A stretch of DNA of 60,497 nt, counting the filler. It is 6 parts of 6 records of this genome, joined end to end, with 100 filler letters (N's around TTAATTAATTAA, not from the genome) between each part and the next. Parts side by side here need not be neighbours in the genome. Positions count along the whole stretch, not along the records: positions 36,050 to 44,136 come from SRR2962707_406; positions 44,237 to 49,411 come from SRR2962707_408; positions 49,512 to 55,056 come from SRR2962707_410; 3 more parts are not named here. One strand, given 5' to 3'. Shown one piece after another: positions 39,722 to 50,133 of this stretch (the first letter of the stretch is position 1; each line of letters opens with the position of its first letter). A program made the translations under genes and the position numbers. The notes under the pieces were generated by a model. That model ran no database searches. It saw only the letters and a list, made by a program, of their open reading frames with translations, and was not told the DNA's origin.

Positions 39722-40153
39722 TCAGAAAGGTTTCACGACAGCCATCACCACGATGACGATCATCAGTATTGTAGGGCCTTCATTCGCAAAACGATAGAAC
39801 TTGTGACTACGGGTATTCCGATCCTCTTCAAAGTCCTTGCGCCACTTGCCCATGAGCATGTGCATGATCATCAAACCGGCGATGGAAGCCAGTTTTACAT
39901 GCAGCCACCCGGACGAAAAATCCTGATAACCAAGCAGATAACCGCCGGCAATCAGCGATACCAGCATGGCCGGATTCATGATGGCGCGGAGCAGCCGCCG
40001 CTCCATGACCTTGAGGGTTTCCGATAATTCCGATCCTGCTTCGGTCTGGGCGTGATAGACAAACAGCCGGGGCAGATACAACAGCCCCGCCATCCAGGAA
40101 ATCACGGCGATGATATGCAGGGCCTTTACCCACAGGTAGACGGACGCATCCAT
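39722..40153 (-). CDS. hemJ: Protoporphyrinogen IX oxidase HemJ
   Basis: WVKALHIIAVISWMAGLLYLPRLFVYH, MERRL, NEGPT, VVKPF; position after hemE-hemH. Confidence 0.95.
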   Translation of the reverse strand: MDASVYLWVKALHIIAVISWMAGLLYLPRLFVYHAQTEAGSELSETLKVMERRLLRAIMNPAMLVSLIAGGYLLGYQDFSSGWLHVKLASIAGLMIMHMLMGKWRKDFEEDRNTRSHKFYRFANEGPTILMIVIVVMAVVKPF

Positions 40154-40172
40154 GCTCAATCCCCTTCCCGTT

Positions 40173-41198
40173 TCACGACCAGGCGCACTGAGCGCAGGTC
40201 TCGGGACAAATACGCCCGTCGGCGCCGGATATACGCGGCGCATCTGCGTGAATGGCCTTGCGGACCAGCCCTGCCATGGCGGACACGAACGACGGATGCG
40301 TGCCGACCGCTGCGATACGCGTATATCCAGGCACGTTGTTTTCTTCGGCCAGTTCGCGGTATTCGATATCGAGTTCCACCAGTGTTTCCGAATGTTCGGA
40401 GACGAAGGCGATCGGCACCACGATCACGCCGACACCATCGCGGCCGGCACGGATGATCTCGTCATCGGTCGACGGGCCGATCCATTCCAGCGGCCCGACC
40501 TGGCTTTGATAACAGACCACCCAGTCAAGTCCGTCGATCCCCAGCCGGTCCACCACTGCCCGGGACGTCTGCTCAACCTGCCACTGATAGGGATCCCCTG
40601 CTGCAATGACCTTTTTCGGCAGGCCATGAGCGGAAAACAGGACGCGTGGCTTGTTCTGCTCTGATGGCGCCCCGTAGGCCGCCCGGATCAGCGATGCCTG
40701 GGCATCCACCCAGCCGTCACTTTCCGGATAGCAGCAGATTTCAACGGTAGGAACGGAAAGACCGATCGCAGCAGCGGCGCGATTCCAGTCCTTGATCGAT
40801 GAGCCGCTGGTCGTTGTCGAATACTGCGGATACAGCGGCAGCAGAATGATTTTGTCCGGCCCGAACTGTTTCACGTCCTTGGCGACCGCATCGCTCATCG
40901 GGTGCCAGTAGCGCATGCAGACAAACGCTTTAACCTCGCCCAGATCCGGACATTGGGACTCAAGCGCACGCGCCTGTTCCACCGTCAGCTCAAGCAGCGG
41001 TGATTTTCCGCCGATCTGTTCATAGATTTCACGCGCCACGGGGGCTCGCCGTTTTGAAATCAGTTTTGCCAGCAACCAGCGAAACGGTTGCGGCACGGAA
41101 ATAATCGCCGGGTCCGAAAACAGATTGGATAAAAACGGCTGAACGGCCTCGGGGCTGTCCGGACCACCCAGGTTGAACAGGATAACCGCTGTTTTCAT
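40173..41198 (-). CDS. hemH: Ferrochelatase
   Basis: LFNLGGP, IGGKSPL, LPLYPQYS, FSAHGLP, FVSEHSETLVELD. Confidence 0.96.
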   Translation of the reverse strand: MKTAVILFNLGGPDSPEAVQPFLSNLFSDPAIISVPQPFRWLLAKLISKRRAPVAREIYEQIGGKSPLLELTVEQARALESQCPDLGEVKAFVCMRYWHPMSDAVAKDVKQFGPDKIILLPLYPQYSTTTSGSSIKDWNRAAAAIGLSVPTVEICCYPESDGWVDAQASLIRAAYGAPSEQNKPRVLFSAHGLPKKVIAAGDPYQWQVEQTSRAVVDRLGIDGLDWVVCYQSQVGPLEWIGPSTDDEIIRAGRDGVGVIVVPIAFVSEHSETLVELDIEYRELAEENNVPGYTRIAAVGTHPSFVSAMAGLVRKAIHADAPRISGADGRICPETCAQCAWS

Positions 41199-42265
41199 GC
41201 AGTATTTCCCCGGATCCGGTCGATCACACGCTGTACGTTTTCCGGCGGTGTTTGCGGCACAATGCCGTGACCCAGATTGAAGACGAACCTGCGGCCCTTC
41301 ATGGCTTCGAGAATATCATCGACACCCTGATCAAGTGCATCACCACCGACCACCAGCAGGCGATTATCAAGATTGCCCTGCAATACGCAGGATTCCGGGA
41401 TTTCCCGGCGGGCCCAGTCCAGCGGCACGGAATGATCCAGAGACACACCGTCGACGCCGGTTTCAGCGACATATTCAGGTATCATCACACCCCCCTGCCT
41501 GGGAAAACCGATAATCGGCACATCCGGTGCCGATGCTTTCACGGTTTGTACGATGCGACGCGTCGGTTCGATCACCAGCGAGCGGAATTGTGACACCGAC
41601 AGCACACCCGACCAGCTGTCGAATAACTGAAGAACCTCCGCACCGGCCTTTACCTGCGCCAGCAGATAACGCGATGTGGCGTCGACCAGAATATCCATCA
41701 GAACCTGAAACTCGTCCGGTGCACGGTAGGCCCAGGCACGTGCCCGCTCACATTCCGTCCTGCCACGGCCTTCAACCATGTAAACCGCGACCGTCCAGGG
41801 GGCGCCGGCAAACCCGATCAGTCCGGTTGTTTCGGGTATTTCAACGGATAGCCGTTTCAGCGTTTCAAACACCGGGGCGAGATGATCGACCACGCCCTCC
41901 ACATTCAGCTTCTGCAAACCGGCCAGATCACGGATCGGTTCAAGAACCGGTCCCTCCCCTTCCTTGAATTCAACCTTCTGACCCAGTGCATCGGGAATGA
42001 CGAGGATATCTGCAAACAGGATCGACGCATCGAAGCCGAACTTCCTGAGCGGCTGCAGTGTCACCTCAACCGCGGCATCGGGTGTATAGCAGAATTCGAG
42101 AAACGAACTGATCCCGGCGCGGACTTCACGGTATTCCGAAAGATACCGTCCGGCCTGGCGCATCATCCAGATCGGCGGCGGCGAAACGACCTCACCTTTG
42201 AAAACCTGAAGAAACGGTTTTGAAGCCTTCCGGTCGGAAGCCGAGTTCTGATTGGATTGAGGCAT
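41195..42265 (-). CDS. hemE: Uroporphyrinogen decarboxylase
   Basis: PIWMMRQAGRYL, FADIL, IGFAGAPWT, QGNLD, FNLGHG. Confidence 0.97.
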   Translation of the reverse strand: MPQSNQNSASDRKASKPFLQVFKGEVVSPPPIWMMRQAGRYLSEYREVRAGISSFLEFCYTPDAAVEVTLQPLRKFGFDASILFADILVIPDALGQKVEFKEGEGPVLEPIRDLAGLQKLNVEGVVDHLAPVFETLKRLSVEIPETTGLIGFAGAPWTVAVYMVEGRGRTECERARAWAYRAPDEFQVLMDILVDATSRYLLAQVKAGAEVLQLFDSWSGVLSVSQFRSLVIEPTRRIVQTVKASAPDVPIIGFPRQGGVMIPEYVAETGVDGVSLDHSVPLDWARREIPESCVLQGNLDNRLLVVGGDALDQGVDDILEAMKGRRFVFNLGHGIVPQTPPENVQRVIDRIRGNTA

Positions 42266-42704
42266 GTTTGACGTCTTTCATCCGTTCGTTCGCAAATCGC
42301 TTGGACCGGCTCCAACTATATAGAGTCTATATATAAAGAATATTGTAGTGGTAGTAGGTCACATGAAAGCTGGGGATTATGTGTCATCCACAGGTTATGC
42401 AGACAAGCGCGATCGTTCGAATTATAGCAGAATTGCTGCAATTAATTTACTCAAATACAAAAACTTTCAATGATTCCAGTGCCCTCTGGCAAAAGACTAA
42501 AAACTTTCTAAAACCGCAGGATTGCGCCGTTTTTGAGTTATCCCAAGGCATTAGCGCTGACTTCAAAGATTTACACAGCGGGACAAGGTGTGTATCGAGA
42601 AACCTTGAGGTGGGTATTAAAGACCTGTTTCATGGTATTGAAAGTTATCCACAATTTCATCCCCCGGCTTATAAGGCGTTTATTCAGACCTCAAAGGTTT
42701 CATT
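42266..42704. promoter_or_regulatory. Probable chromosomal replication origin (oriC) and divergent promoters
   Basis: AT-rich hemE/ppsR intergenic region, the conserved alphaproteobacterial oriC position. Perfect DnaA box TTATCCACA at 42645-42653, TCATCCACA at 42384-42392 and several degenerate boxes. TAG-type trinucleotide run at 42343-42358 next to an AT-rich stretch. Confidence 0.85.
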
Positions 42705-43529
42705 ATGCAGGATTTTCACCTTCACCTTGTTTCTGATTCGACCGGGGAAACCGTAACCCTTCTGGCCCGTGCCTGTCTTGTTCAGTTTGACGATATTCAG
42801 GTGCGCGAACATCTCTGGCCGATGGTCCGGACCGTAGATCAGGTTCGTGAAGTCATGGAACGGATCCGCGAACAACCCGGTTTCGTGATGTGTACGCTGG
42901 TGAATGAAAAGAACCGTCTTGCGCTGGAAGAAGGCTGCCGGATGCATCAGATCCCCTGTATTCCGGTTCTTGATCCGGTGGTGGCGGCGCTGGGGGCATA
43001 TCTGAATGCAAAGAGCGTCCCCCGCCCCGGTGGGCAGCATGCCATGGACGCGGAATATTTTGCGCGGATTGAAGCGATGCAATTTGCCCTCAGCCATGAT
43101 GACGGGCAGATGACGAATGAATTGCGAAACGCCGACGTTATTCTTGTCGGTGTGTCACGCACCTCGAAAACCCCGACATGCATCTATCTGGCAAACCGGG
43201 GCATCAAGGCAGCGAACGTCCCGTTCGTACCGGGATGTCCTTTGCCCGAGGAATTATTTCTCGAAGAAGGCCCGGCTGTTGTCGGTCTGACCAATGATCC
43301 GAAACGGCTGATAGAAATCCGCCGCCAGAGACTTCGCTTCCTCGATCAGGATCCGGATACGGATTATGTGGATGAGGAATCCGTGAAAGAGGAAGTCAAC
43401 AGTGCGCGGCGGCTGTTTACCGAACACGACTGGCCGGTGATCAATGTGTCTCGCCGGTCTATTGAAGAAACGGCAGCCACGATCCTGCAGTATCTGGCCC
43501 GGCTGCAGGGTGATGAAGAAGAAGCGTGA
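42705..43529 (+). CDS. ppsR: Pyruvate,phosphate dikinase / PEP synthase regulatory kinase-pyrophosphorylase (DUF299)
   Basis: LVSDSTGET, HDDG, GVSRTSKTPT, SIEETA. Confidence 0.93.
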   Translation: MQDFHLHLVSDSTGETVTLLARACLVQFDDIQVREHLWPMVRTVDQVREVMERIREQPGFVMCTLVNEKNRLALEEGCRMHQIPCIPVLDPVVAALGAYLNAKSVPRPGGQHAMDAEYFARIEAMQFALSHDDGQMTNELRNADVILVGVSRTSKTPTCIYLANRGIKAANVPFVPGCPLPEELFLEEGPAVVGLTNDPKRLIEIRRQRLRFLDQDPDTDYVDEESVKEEVNSARRLFTEHDWPVINVSRRSIEETAATILQYLARLQGDEEEA

Positions 43530-44131
43530 GCGCACCCGATCTTATTCTGGCCTCGAAAAGCCTTTCGCGAAGACAGGTTCTCGAAAACGCCGGTGTCCCA
43601 TTTTCCTGGCGAGACGCCGGGATAGATGAAGATGCGCTGAAGTTGTCCTGGTCTGAAACCGGCGATGATCCGGCTGCACTGGCGCTGTCGCTGGCCGAAG
43701 CCAAGGCCGGTGCCGTGAGCGTTATCTCGGAAAATCCCCCGCTGGTTATCGGGTGCGATCAGATTCTGGTGCAGGAAGACAAGCTCTACGACAAACCTGC
43801 CACGATGGCCGAGGCACGGGCGCATCTGAAAGCATTCAGTGGCCGGACTCATCAGCTGATTGCTGCCGTCTGCATGATGCAGTCAGGCGAGGTTGTCTGG
43901 TCGCATGTCGACCGTGCGGATATGCATGTCCGTGATCTGAGTGACAGCTTTATCGCTGCCTATCTGGATGCAGCAGGTGAGCAAATACTGTCATCCGTTG
44001 GCGCTTATCTGCTTGAAGGTGCAGGCGCTCAGTTGTTCGAACGGATCCGGGGAGATTATTTTACGGTTCTGGGCCTGCCGCTCCTTCCCCTATTGGAAGA
44101 ATTGCGGAAACGGGGCATTCTCGCCGCATAA
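43526..44131 (+). CDS. maf: Maf family nucleoside triphosphate pyrophosphatase
   Basis: LILASKS..RR, IDE, AEAKA, IGCDQ, KP, SGRTH, GAY, VLGLPL; GTGA overlap with ppsR. An RBS (AAGGAG) for a next gene lies at the contig end. Confidence 0.92.
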   Translation: MSAPDLILASKSLSRRQVLENAGVPFSWRDAGIDEDALKLSWSETGDDPAALALSLAEAKAGAVSVISENPPLVIGCDQILVQEDKLYDKPATMAEARAHLKAFSGRTHQLIAAVCMMQSGEVVWSHVDRADMHVRDLSDSFIAAYLDAAGEQILSSVGAYLLEGAGAQLFERIRGDYFTVLGLPLLPLLEELRKRGILAA

Positions 44132-44136
44132 AGGAG

Positions 44137-44236
44137 NNNNNNNNNNNNNNNNNNNNNNNNNNNNNNNNNNNNNNNNNNNNTTAATTAATTAANNNNNNNN
44201 NNNNNNNNNNNNNNNNNNNNNNNNNNNNNNNNNNNN
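44137..44236. other. Artificial contig spacer
   Basis: N44-TTAATTAATTAA-N44. Confidence 0.98.
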
Positions 44237-44302
44237 GCTGCTGCTGCTGCTGCTGCCGCCGCTGTTTTATTTTTTTTTAATTCGCCTGCATCTGCTCCAC
44301 AG

Positions 44303-45123
44303 TTGCAGCGGGATATTTTCACTGGCCTGCCAAGCAACGTGTCCTTCTTGCACCGTATGGAGCTGTGGGAGGAAGGGGAAGAGGAAGAGGGCACCGCGTC
44401 AAGCGCGGATGAAGTGGTGAACCATGAGGTCGTACAGATGCTGCCGCTGCCAGAGGGTGCTGCGGCACTAGCGCCCGGAACACCGGAGCTAGCCAACCCG
44501 GAGTCCCTCGCCGTGTCACCCGACCGAGGCACCATTCTAGTTGCCAACACCCAAGCCGACACCTTGCTCGAGATCTCCTGTGCTGCAAGTTGTGTGGATT
44601 ACGCCAACGCATCCTCCTCCGTGGTGACGGGCATTCGCACTGTTACCACGATACGCCGCCCGAGAGGGCTGTACATGGCCCCGTCGCTGAACACGGAGTC
44701 GTACAGTCGAGTGTACATCGTGGGCGGCGACGTCAATGACGGATATGTTGCCTACTTTGACTTTGTCACCGACAAGTTACAGTACGTGTCGATGACAGCG
44801 TCGCTCGGTGCTTTCGCATAGCGTGTCCCTGCCCTACGTGTTTTTCTCCGATCTGCCGTCTCGTTGCCGTCTCAATCGTCTGCGGACACTGTTTCTTGAC
44901 CATTTGCCTTTGCTTCAGTTACGTCTCACTGGGCTTACCTGGCAGTCCCGTGGCGGTGTTCGACGACTTGCAACGTCCGAATGCTTCCGGCTTTTCAAGT
45001 GTGTCGCAAATGCAGTCCGAAGAATCCATTTCCGGTCTGTACCTTGCCAACTCGCAGACGGATGAGCTGCAACGCTTCCAGTGCACGCAAGTGATCGACG
45101 AGTACATCATGCCAGCGGTGTAG
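44303..45123 (+). CDS. 3' part of a eukaryotic gene with beta-propeller-like (NHL/YVTN-type) blades
   Basis: NPESLAVSPDRGTILVANT, RRPRGLYM, GLYLANSQTDELQRF; intron ~44808-44918; TAG at 45121-45123. Confidence 0.5.
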
Positions 45124-45368
45124 CCCAGTCAGCAGTTCGGCCAGGGCGAGGGCCACACACAAGCACACGGGCAGCAGTTTGGTGTTGCTTGGTGACCAGG
45201 AGTGAATGCTGCACAGCTGCTCTCGTCTGGGGGTGCGAACGAACGAGAAATACCAACAACCACACTGGCTGATTTCAAACCTAATATTATCAATTCAATT
45301 CATGAGAGCTCCGTGACACCAGGGTTCCCTCCGCGGCGGCCACCCACCGCTCATTCGCAAAGCGCGGG

Positions 45369-48300
45369 TCAGTCGAGTAGGGCGAGCTGAGTGGCCATGC
45401 GGTCTCGCTGCTGTCGCATGGATCCCAGTTCGTGCCGGAGCATGTCAACCATACCCTGCAGGTGTTGCAAAGCCGCGTCCGCGTCGCGCCCTGTGCCGTT
45501 GCCCGCGGCAGAAGACATCGACTGGTACACTGCGAGGCGCGGCTTTTGAGACGACGACGACGACGACGACGTTGATGACGCCTGCGCTCCGCGGGCACTT
45601 CCACCGTTGATGCTATCCATTCTTCCAGACCCAGCTGGCACGTGTGAGGCGTCTGCACATTTGGCTGCCGAGAAGGGCGCCGTGCTTCCCACCGTGAGCA
45701 CGAAACGCCCAGCAACTCCAGGACTCGCGAGCATTGGAACAATGACGTACTGCCCTCCAGGCACGTAGGAAATCTTGTCCACGGAACGCCCTCGCACAAA
45801 GTACTCCGTGCACAGCTGCAAATCCACTTGTGGGTCCGCCGAAGGATGCTGTGATTGGGGCTTCAAAGCAAGACGGTTGGGCCTGCCCAGCAAAATCAGC
45901 ACCCACAAACACACACAGATACACAGCCCACAACACAAAATGCCCGCACCGTGACTTTCAAAAGGGGGGGGGGAGGGGTCAGCGAAGAGTACCAAACAAA
46001 AAACTCACGCGCGCGCTCGCGCGCACACACACATACACACACCTGGCAGATCCTGGCGTGAAAGAATGGGCCAGGACAATGAACCCAACGCCAGGCGGAA
46101 TTGGTGTGCCAGCAGCCCCGAGCGTCCCTACGGCAGCTCCCATTGCAAGTGTAGGGCTCGCATCTGGACTCCCGGCAGCCGCACTCCCAGTGGCCCGAGT
46201 TGAAACTGCTTGCTCAACGGGCCCAACTGGCTGCAGGCTCCTAGAGCGCCCAGATCCCCCCTGCTCCGCAAGACGTCGCCATGTTCGGGGCTCTCGGTAG
46301 GGCACGTCAGGAAGCTGGCGGAGAGAGATCATCAACTCACCGTTCCCTTGCAAGTCAAGGGCGAACTGAGGGTTGCTCAACCACGATTGGTGGTGAAGCC
46401 ACGAACCACCTGCAGTGTTGGCGGCAGGGTCCCACTCGCCCTCAAAGTTGACAATTTGCCCGGGGGAATCGGGAGGACGACCACAGACGTGTGCAGCACT
46501 GAAAATACGGCAAAAGTCGACTGCCGACATCCAGAACACGCCGTCGTCGCTGGTGCCTGCCGCACTATCTCCTGTTCCCGGGGCGTTGGTGCTGCCGCTG
46601 ATGCCGGTGCTGCTGAGGTGTGCGCTGTGGAGAGCCTGGCTTGAATCTCGGTCTAGCAACGAAACTTCGCGCAGAATGCTTGGATGAGCTTTCCATTGAG
46701 GACTTCCTTGGCTCCAAGCTCTTTCGTTTCCAAAGAGAAAACAACGATTGGTGCAACGGCAAGTGAGCGGCACTAGCACGTACAACGGCACAGCGGCAGC
46801 ACCAGAGCGAAAAACAAATAAATATCCGTGCCACTTGACTCACCCGCGCCACACCTTTGCGCCCCAAGCGTTTTTCAGACGCAGCAGCTGCACGGGCGCA
46901 AGCGCCGGCAAGGTGGCGCCCGCAGCGCCACCGACTTCGTGTGGCAGTGCCTGAAATGTGTCGACCACCACATAGGGCCGCCCGGTCTCGATACCGTGCG
47001 AATCCATCGCACGGCCACGCTGCCGGATGCCTGCCACAAGATGCCCTGCCCGAAATGCTTCGTTGAGAAGCTCCCACATACTTCCAGCCGCCTCTTCTTC
47101 ACGGAGGAAGGGTGCATCCGAATCTGGCGCTGGTCGCGTAGTTCGGTGACCTGGTGCAGAGAACAGGTGTACATACTGTAAAGGGATCGCACAGACACAA
47201 AAAGGCAAGCAAAATGCGGTCGGCACAAACACGGACCGCTGTGGCTGGCGTTTGTGGCTGGCTTCCGGGCGCTGGACCGTGCCCCCTCGGCCGTGTCCGC
47301 GTCGACACTGCCACGATGCCCGGGCCACCCAAGACTGAGCGTGTGCACAAACCGACCGGTAACATCCTTGAGCGCGTATTCCAAGTCACCGCCAGCCAGA
47401 TTCTCGTAGCACCCGTGGAGCTTTGCGTAGGCTTTCTCCAGCAACATCGGCCTGCCAAGTGAGAACCAACGCAGCACGGACGAACCAACGTTAATGTCTT
47501 ATTACACGGGACAACCCATGGCGGCCGTTCTCAGCAACTATTGCACAAGCTGACAACTGCGTGCGCCTTGTTAAGCGAACCAGATCTCCTCCCGCTGGTC
47601 ACTGTGTGCAAACAGCGGTTGTCCGCTGGCGTCGCAGGGGATGTGGTCGTCGATGTACACTCGCACCGGCGCTGCGTCTTTGAAAAATCTGACGCAGTAC
47701 CGCCCGTGCGATTCTTGGCCAGTTTCCACGAACAAGTCACGAAAACCTTGTTCGTGCGGCTTGGCGTCGTAAGCAATGACCTGTTCAGGACAAAGGACGT
47801 TAGAACAACAACAACAAAAAGAAAACACAGCAAAAAAAAGAAAGAAAAAAAAACCAGCGCATCCATACGATCCGGTTGAGCAGACGCACCGCGCAAGCAC
47901 CCAGGAACCAATCGTCGTCGAGTGCACCACGGATAATGTGACCTTTGAGCCGATGCCCAACAAAAACGCGTTGATCGCTTCTGGCCGATTCATTTGCGTG
48001 CGCACTGCCAGCTTTCCAACTCGCAAGCTTGGCTGCACGGATCCACTGGATGCATGCTGGCGGGGGCATGCCGACCGGCGGCCGTGCCTATGCAAACGAG
48101 TGCCGTGCCAGTATTTCCAAGCCAAAAGCCATCAGCCACACCAAAGTATGTGCGACAGGCAACACACATCCCCGGGCGGCCTGGAGTGCTGTGTGCCCAC
48201 AACACCTGCCTCCTCCACAATGAAACAAAGGTCGTACCGGGTCAAGGTAAATGGATGTGGCAGCCGGCGGGAAGTCCGGGTCAGTCCAGCCATCGCTTTC

Positions 48301-49338
48301 ACTTTCGAGTGCTTCTATTTTCTCCACGGCCCGGCTCCAGTACACCAAAAAATCCGCCACGCGACGAAGGCAGCGACGCCGTTGCGAGCCTCGTGCCACA
48401 GCTTCCTTTTCTTCTGCGCTCCCTCGTTCTGCAGGACCAGTCCGGGAATGTGGCGCCGCCAGGTCACTGCGACTGCCGCGGGTGCGCAGCAGATCCGCCG
48501 CCTTGCCTTCGTCAAAGGTGGGGCTGGCTGACGCAGCGGCACCGGGGGCCATAGTGGCGCGTGCGAGGTGAAGGAACTGCAGAAACTGTGCCGACGAAAT
48601 TTCGCGGTCCAGGTCATCGTCCTCTTCGGCAAGTGCTTCTTCGTCGCCCCGAGAGGAAGCGTGGCTTGTTTTGGCCTCGGGTTGCTTGAGCGTCATCACG
48701 GACGAAGTGGCTGTCCCAAAGATCTCGGCCGCAACTTCCTCCACAAGCGCAATGTCGGCCTCGGTGCACCGAGGGTCGATTTTCCGTGCGGCCGAGCAGG
48801 CAGTGCGGAGGACCATGGCAAGCTCGTCGAAAGACAGCGTGCCGGAGTCATCAAAGTCGAACAACGCGTGGGCAAACCCTGCGACTGCCTGCTCCGGCGT
48901 CATGCGCGACACCAGTGCCAGACCGACCATCGCCTCGAGCACATCGATCAGGCCGTCGTTGTCCGTGTCAAACACACCAAACACGCTCGCTGCCGTGCCC
49001 TACAAAGTTGAAGCACATACCCCGACAGCGGGGCAGGGAAAAGGCGCGTTCAATCAACCATGTAGGAGACTCGGCGCTGCAGCCAGGGAAGCGCTGCTGA
49101 AGCGAAGCGCAGCGATTGACGCACACGAACACGCACGCACGCACGCACACAAACGTACCGGAGCCTCGCCCGCCCCCAGCACCGCGGCAAACGCGGCCTG
49201 GTCGACGGCAAAGGTGTCGACTTTGTTGCGATAGCGGCGGAGCAGTTGCTGCACCTCCTCTGGCGACTTTGACTGGAAGCTTTGAAGCGCAACAGGCACC
49301 GCCGCCCGCCCGGACAGGCTCGAGGCGTCCACGCCCAT
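45369..49338 (-). CDS. Calpain-like protein with N-terminal EF-hands, CysPc domain and domain III; predicted catalytically inactive; multi-exon
   Basis: MGVDAS start; DTDNDGLIDVLE and DFDDSGTLSFDEL; WTDPDFPP, QWIRA, GRYCVRFFK, VYIDDHIP, LLEKAYAKLHGCYENL, LRLKNAWG, DDGVFWMS, GEW...TAGG...NPQF, YVIVP; C-terminal coiled coil. Confidence 0.88.
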
Positions 49339-49411
49339 CCCCGCACCAAAACGACGAACGTGATCGACAACAACAACAGCCACAACAGCCACAACAGCCA
49401 CAACAACAACA

Positions 49412-49511
49412 NNNNNNNNNNNNNNNNNNNNNNNNNNNNNNNNNNNNNNNNNNNNTTAATTAATTAANNNNNNNNNNNNNNNNNNNNNNNNNNNNNNNNN
49501 NNNNNNNNNNN
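49412..49511. other. Artificial contig spacer
   Basis: N44-TTAATTAATTAA-N44. Confidence 0.98.
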
Positions 49512-49693
49512 CTTGTTTTTTTTTTCTTGTTTTTTTTTTTTGCCAGTTGCCTCCTCCACATCGCACTACTTGGCTACGCGCCGCTTGACAAAAGCGATGA
49601 TGAGTGAGTATGCTACATCGTTGCCTGACGCTTGTTGTTCGCAAAAAGGTTTAGTATTTCGCACAGTTCACGTCGGTGTCTACACGTGCTCAG

Positions 49694-50133
49694 GTACACC
49701 AGCTCAGACTTCGACCAAGAACAGGAGGATCTTCAATGGGAGTTTCCTGAAGAACAAGAGTTGGCTGCCCTAGACACGATTTTTCTGCATCGGCAGCGAA
49801 TCCTTGAAAAAAATAGCCCTGAAGCAGACGACAAAACCTTGGACGATGAGTCGGAGCCATGGTTCGCTCCGAGCGAGGAGGCCGGCAGCACACCCGAGAA
49901 AATCGGAGCGTGGAATCAATTGAGGTCCGTTGATATTTCTCCTATGGCGACGAAAGAACCTCGTGCTTCGTCAAGTCTTATTCACTACGAGCAAGCTGCG
50001 ATATTAACTGGATACCTTGTGGATATTTTTTTCGCTGTTATTTGTTTTGCGCTGGTGCTGTCTGTGAAGTCCGGAGGCAAAAGCGCTGCTACGCGGACTT
50101 CTCGAGCTTCAGCCCAGTCAGCGTCTCACGATG
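49694..50133 (+). CDS. Exon of a partial eukaryotic gene with an acidic region and one predicted TM helix; function unknown
   Basis: Open frame after cag acceptor (YTSSDFDQEQEDLQWEFP...ILTGYLVDIFFAVICFALVLSV), ending near a gtgcgt donor. Confidence 0.4.

Noticed and set aside
42379-42756. 125-aa ORF between hemE and ppsR
   Set aside because: It runs through the AT-rich origin and DnaA boxes and has no coding features.
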